A DNA stretch of 29,691 nucleotides, from positions 1-29,691 of the forward strand of contig JBCDEZ010000013.1 in assembly GCA_039179045.1 (NCBI GenBank), written 5' to 3'. The notes beneath the pieces were generated by a model, which searched no databases, was not told where the DNA came from, and saw only the letters and a program-made list of their open reading frames with translations. This DNA comes from Chlamydiota bacterium (lineage in GTDB: Bacteria > Chlamydiota > Chlamydiia > Chlamydiales > SM23-39). Of this stretch, positions 28,373 to 29,691 are shown one piece after another (positions within the stretch are counted from its first letter, which is position 1; every line of letters starts with the position of its first letter). A program made the position numbers and the translations under genes.

Positions 28373-29086
28373 TCAAACAGATCCTTTTTCCGCCGAGTAA
28401 ATGTGCATGGTACCCAGTACAAGGGGCTCTGCTTGCAAAGAATACCATTCTCCTTGCGAGAGAATATCTAAGAAAGCTGATCCGTAAGGGAAGGTTTCGA
28501 TGGTTCGGTTGAGATAGCGGTAGGCCGAAAAGTTCCCTGACAAGCAGCCCCCGATCCATGGCAAGCACCTTTTGAGATAGAATAAGTAGAGAGGTTTTAC
28601 CCAACGATTTTCTGGTAGAGAAAATTCAAGGACAAGAAGCTTCCCTCCCCGTTTCAAAACCCGTTTTGCCTGCGTGAGTGTCTCTTGAATCGATTGTACG
28701 TTGCGTATCCCAAACGAGATGGTAACAACATCGAATACCTCGTCTTCAAAGGGGAGATTTTCTGAATTGCCCACCACAAGTTCCACTTTGGGATCGTAGA
28801 ATTTATCCTGGATCTTGGCTCTACCGATCTGCAGCATCTGCTCGGCAGGATCGATCCCTATAGCCTGGTCGATTGCATCTGTGCTCTCCATCAAAGCAAC
28901 GATCTGATCTCCCGTACCTGTCGCTAGATCGAGTAGTTTGATCTCAGGATTTTGCGGGAGATGCTCTACCAGTTTTTTGCGACAGTGCTGGTGGAGTCCT
29001 AAGGAGAGGACCGTGTTGACCCAATCATAGGTAGGAGAAATATCGTTGAACATTTCCCAGATTTTTTCGCGGCTCGGTTCAGGCAC
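28373..29086 (-). CDS. menG: Demethylmenaquinone methyltransferase (UbiE/MenG)
   Basis: MFNDISPTYD..N..LSLG, LLDLATGTGD, LPFED..FD.VTISFGIRNV, VLEFS.P, AYRYL..TI..FP. Confidence 0.95.
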   Translation of the reverse strand: MPEPSREKIWEMFNDISPTYDWVNTVLSLGLHQHCRKKLVEHLPQNPEIKLLDLATGTGDQIVALMESTDAIDQAIGIDPAEQMLQIGRAKIQDKFYDPKVELVVGNSENLPFEDEVFDVVTISFGIRNVQSIQETLTQAKRVLKRGGKLLVLEFSLPENRWVKPLYLFYLKRCLPWIGGCLSGNFSAYRYLNRTIETFPYGSAFLDILSQGEWYSLQAEPLVLGTMHIYSAEKGSV

Positions 29087-29295
29087 AACTTTATACTCTA
29101 AAAACAGTCGTAAGTTTTCCCCTTTTTACTCCGTTTCTGTGTAAAAAGATAGAGAAATGAGAAGAGAAGAAGATTTCATACAACCATTAGTTTGATCTGC
29201 GTTTTTTACAATCGCGTAAGATAGATCAAAAAGGGCCGCAAATACTTCCGGATTCCTACAAAAAACTGTGGCGAGCAGAAAACCGAATCTCTGCT

Positions 29296-29619
29296 TTACG
29301 TCTCTTTAGATTCACTCAAAGGAGGCAACAAGTGCGTTGCCAGGAAAACGATAAGAGAAAATTTGGGCGCTATAGGATTGTCTTCCAATTTTAATGTAAG
29401 ATTTCTCAACGGGTACATTTTCTCTTCTCCTGCTTTAGATAGGGCGGGCAAAGATCTCAGTTTGTTATGAGATAATTCCAATCTCTTTAGTTTGGGGTGC
29501 TGCTTTGCAAACGTCTTCGGCAGGCTAGTGAGCTGATTTTCATCTAAGAAAAGGGACGGCGTTGTTGAAAAAATCTCTAGGAAAACCTTGATAAAAAGCC
29601 CATAAACAAGCGAGGCTCC
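29296..29619 (-). pseudogene. Leucine-rich-repeat gene remnant
   Basis: The frame reads SLFLDENQLTSLP...KLKRLELSHNKLRSLP...LTLKLEDNPI (LxLxxNxLxxLP). It has an in-frame stop at 29620-29622 and no in-frame ATG/GTG/TTG before the first repeat. Confidence 0.5.
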
Positions 29620-29691
29620 TTATCTATAAAAAATCTAAGGAGCTTCTGATGCGAAAATGTGATTGGAAAAGAGTTAACCGAGAATTGGTAA

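Noticed and set aside
532..28604. Numerous 60-180 aa ORFs nested in or antisense to the called genes
   Set aside because: Shadow ORFs of well-supported CDSs with no independent motifs.
1..29691. CRISPR array, IS/transposase, prophage, tRNA/rRNA or defence system
   Set aside because: No regularly spaced repeats, terminal inverted repeats, recombinase, nuclease or phage genes, or tRNA/rRNA signatures were seen.

Overview
Gene-dense chromosomal segment from a member of the Chlamydiota, most likely an environmental (non-Chlamydiaceae) lineage. This rests on an Npt/TLC nucleotide transporter, an Slc1/CT043-like type III secretion chaperone, a long chlamydial-type yidC next to a divergent dnaA paralogue, a DhnA-type aldolase, and classical (OSB-route) menaquinone genes. 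In order, the window contains: sugar porter, fbaB, AsmA-like protein, glmS, SAM methyltransferase, N-terminally short MgtE, GadC/XasA-like APC transporter, an orphan, two tandem paralogous exported repeat proteins, a PagL-like lipid A deacylase, a YheT-like hydrolase, Npt, an orphan, a membrane HAMP-class III adenylate cyclase, a DAACS symporter, a candidate rod-shaped ncRNA, slc1, dnaA, yidC, a TPR protein, menE-menA-menB-menG, and an LRR remnant. No mobile element, CRISPR array, tRNA or rRNA was seen. The most notable items are: (1) an unannotated ~145-nt rod-with-central-bubble RNA structure (6S-RNA-like) at ~18288-18430, hidden under an over-extended ORF call; (2) the tandem exported repeat-protein pair beside a PagL/hydrolase module; (3) a dnaA paralogue lacking the sensor I and II residues; (4) a men cluster missing menF/D/H/C. 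All calls come from reading motifs by eye; no searches or folding programs were run.
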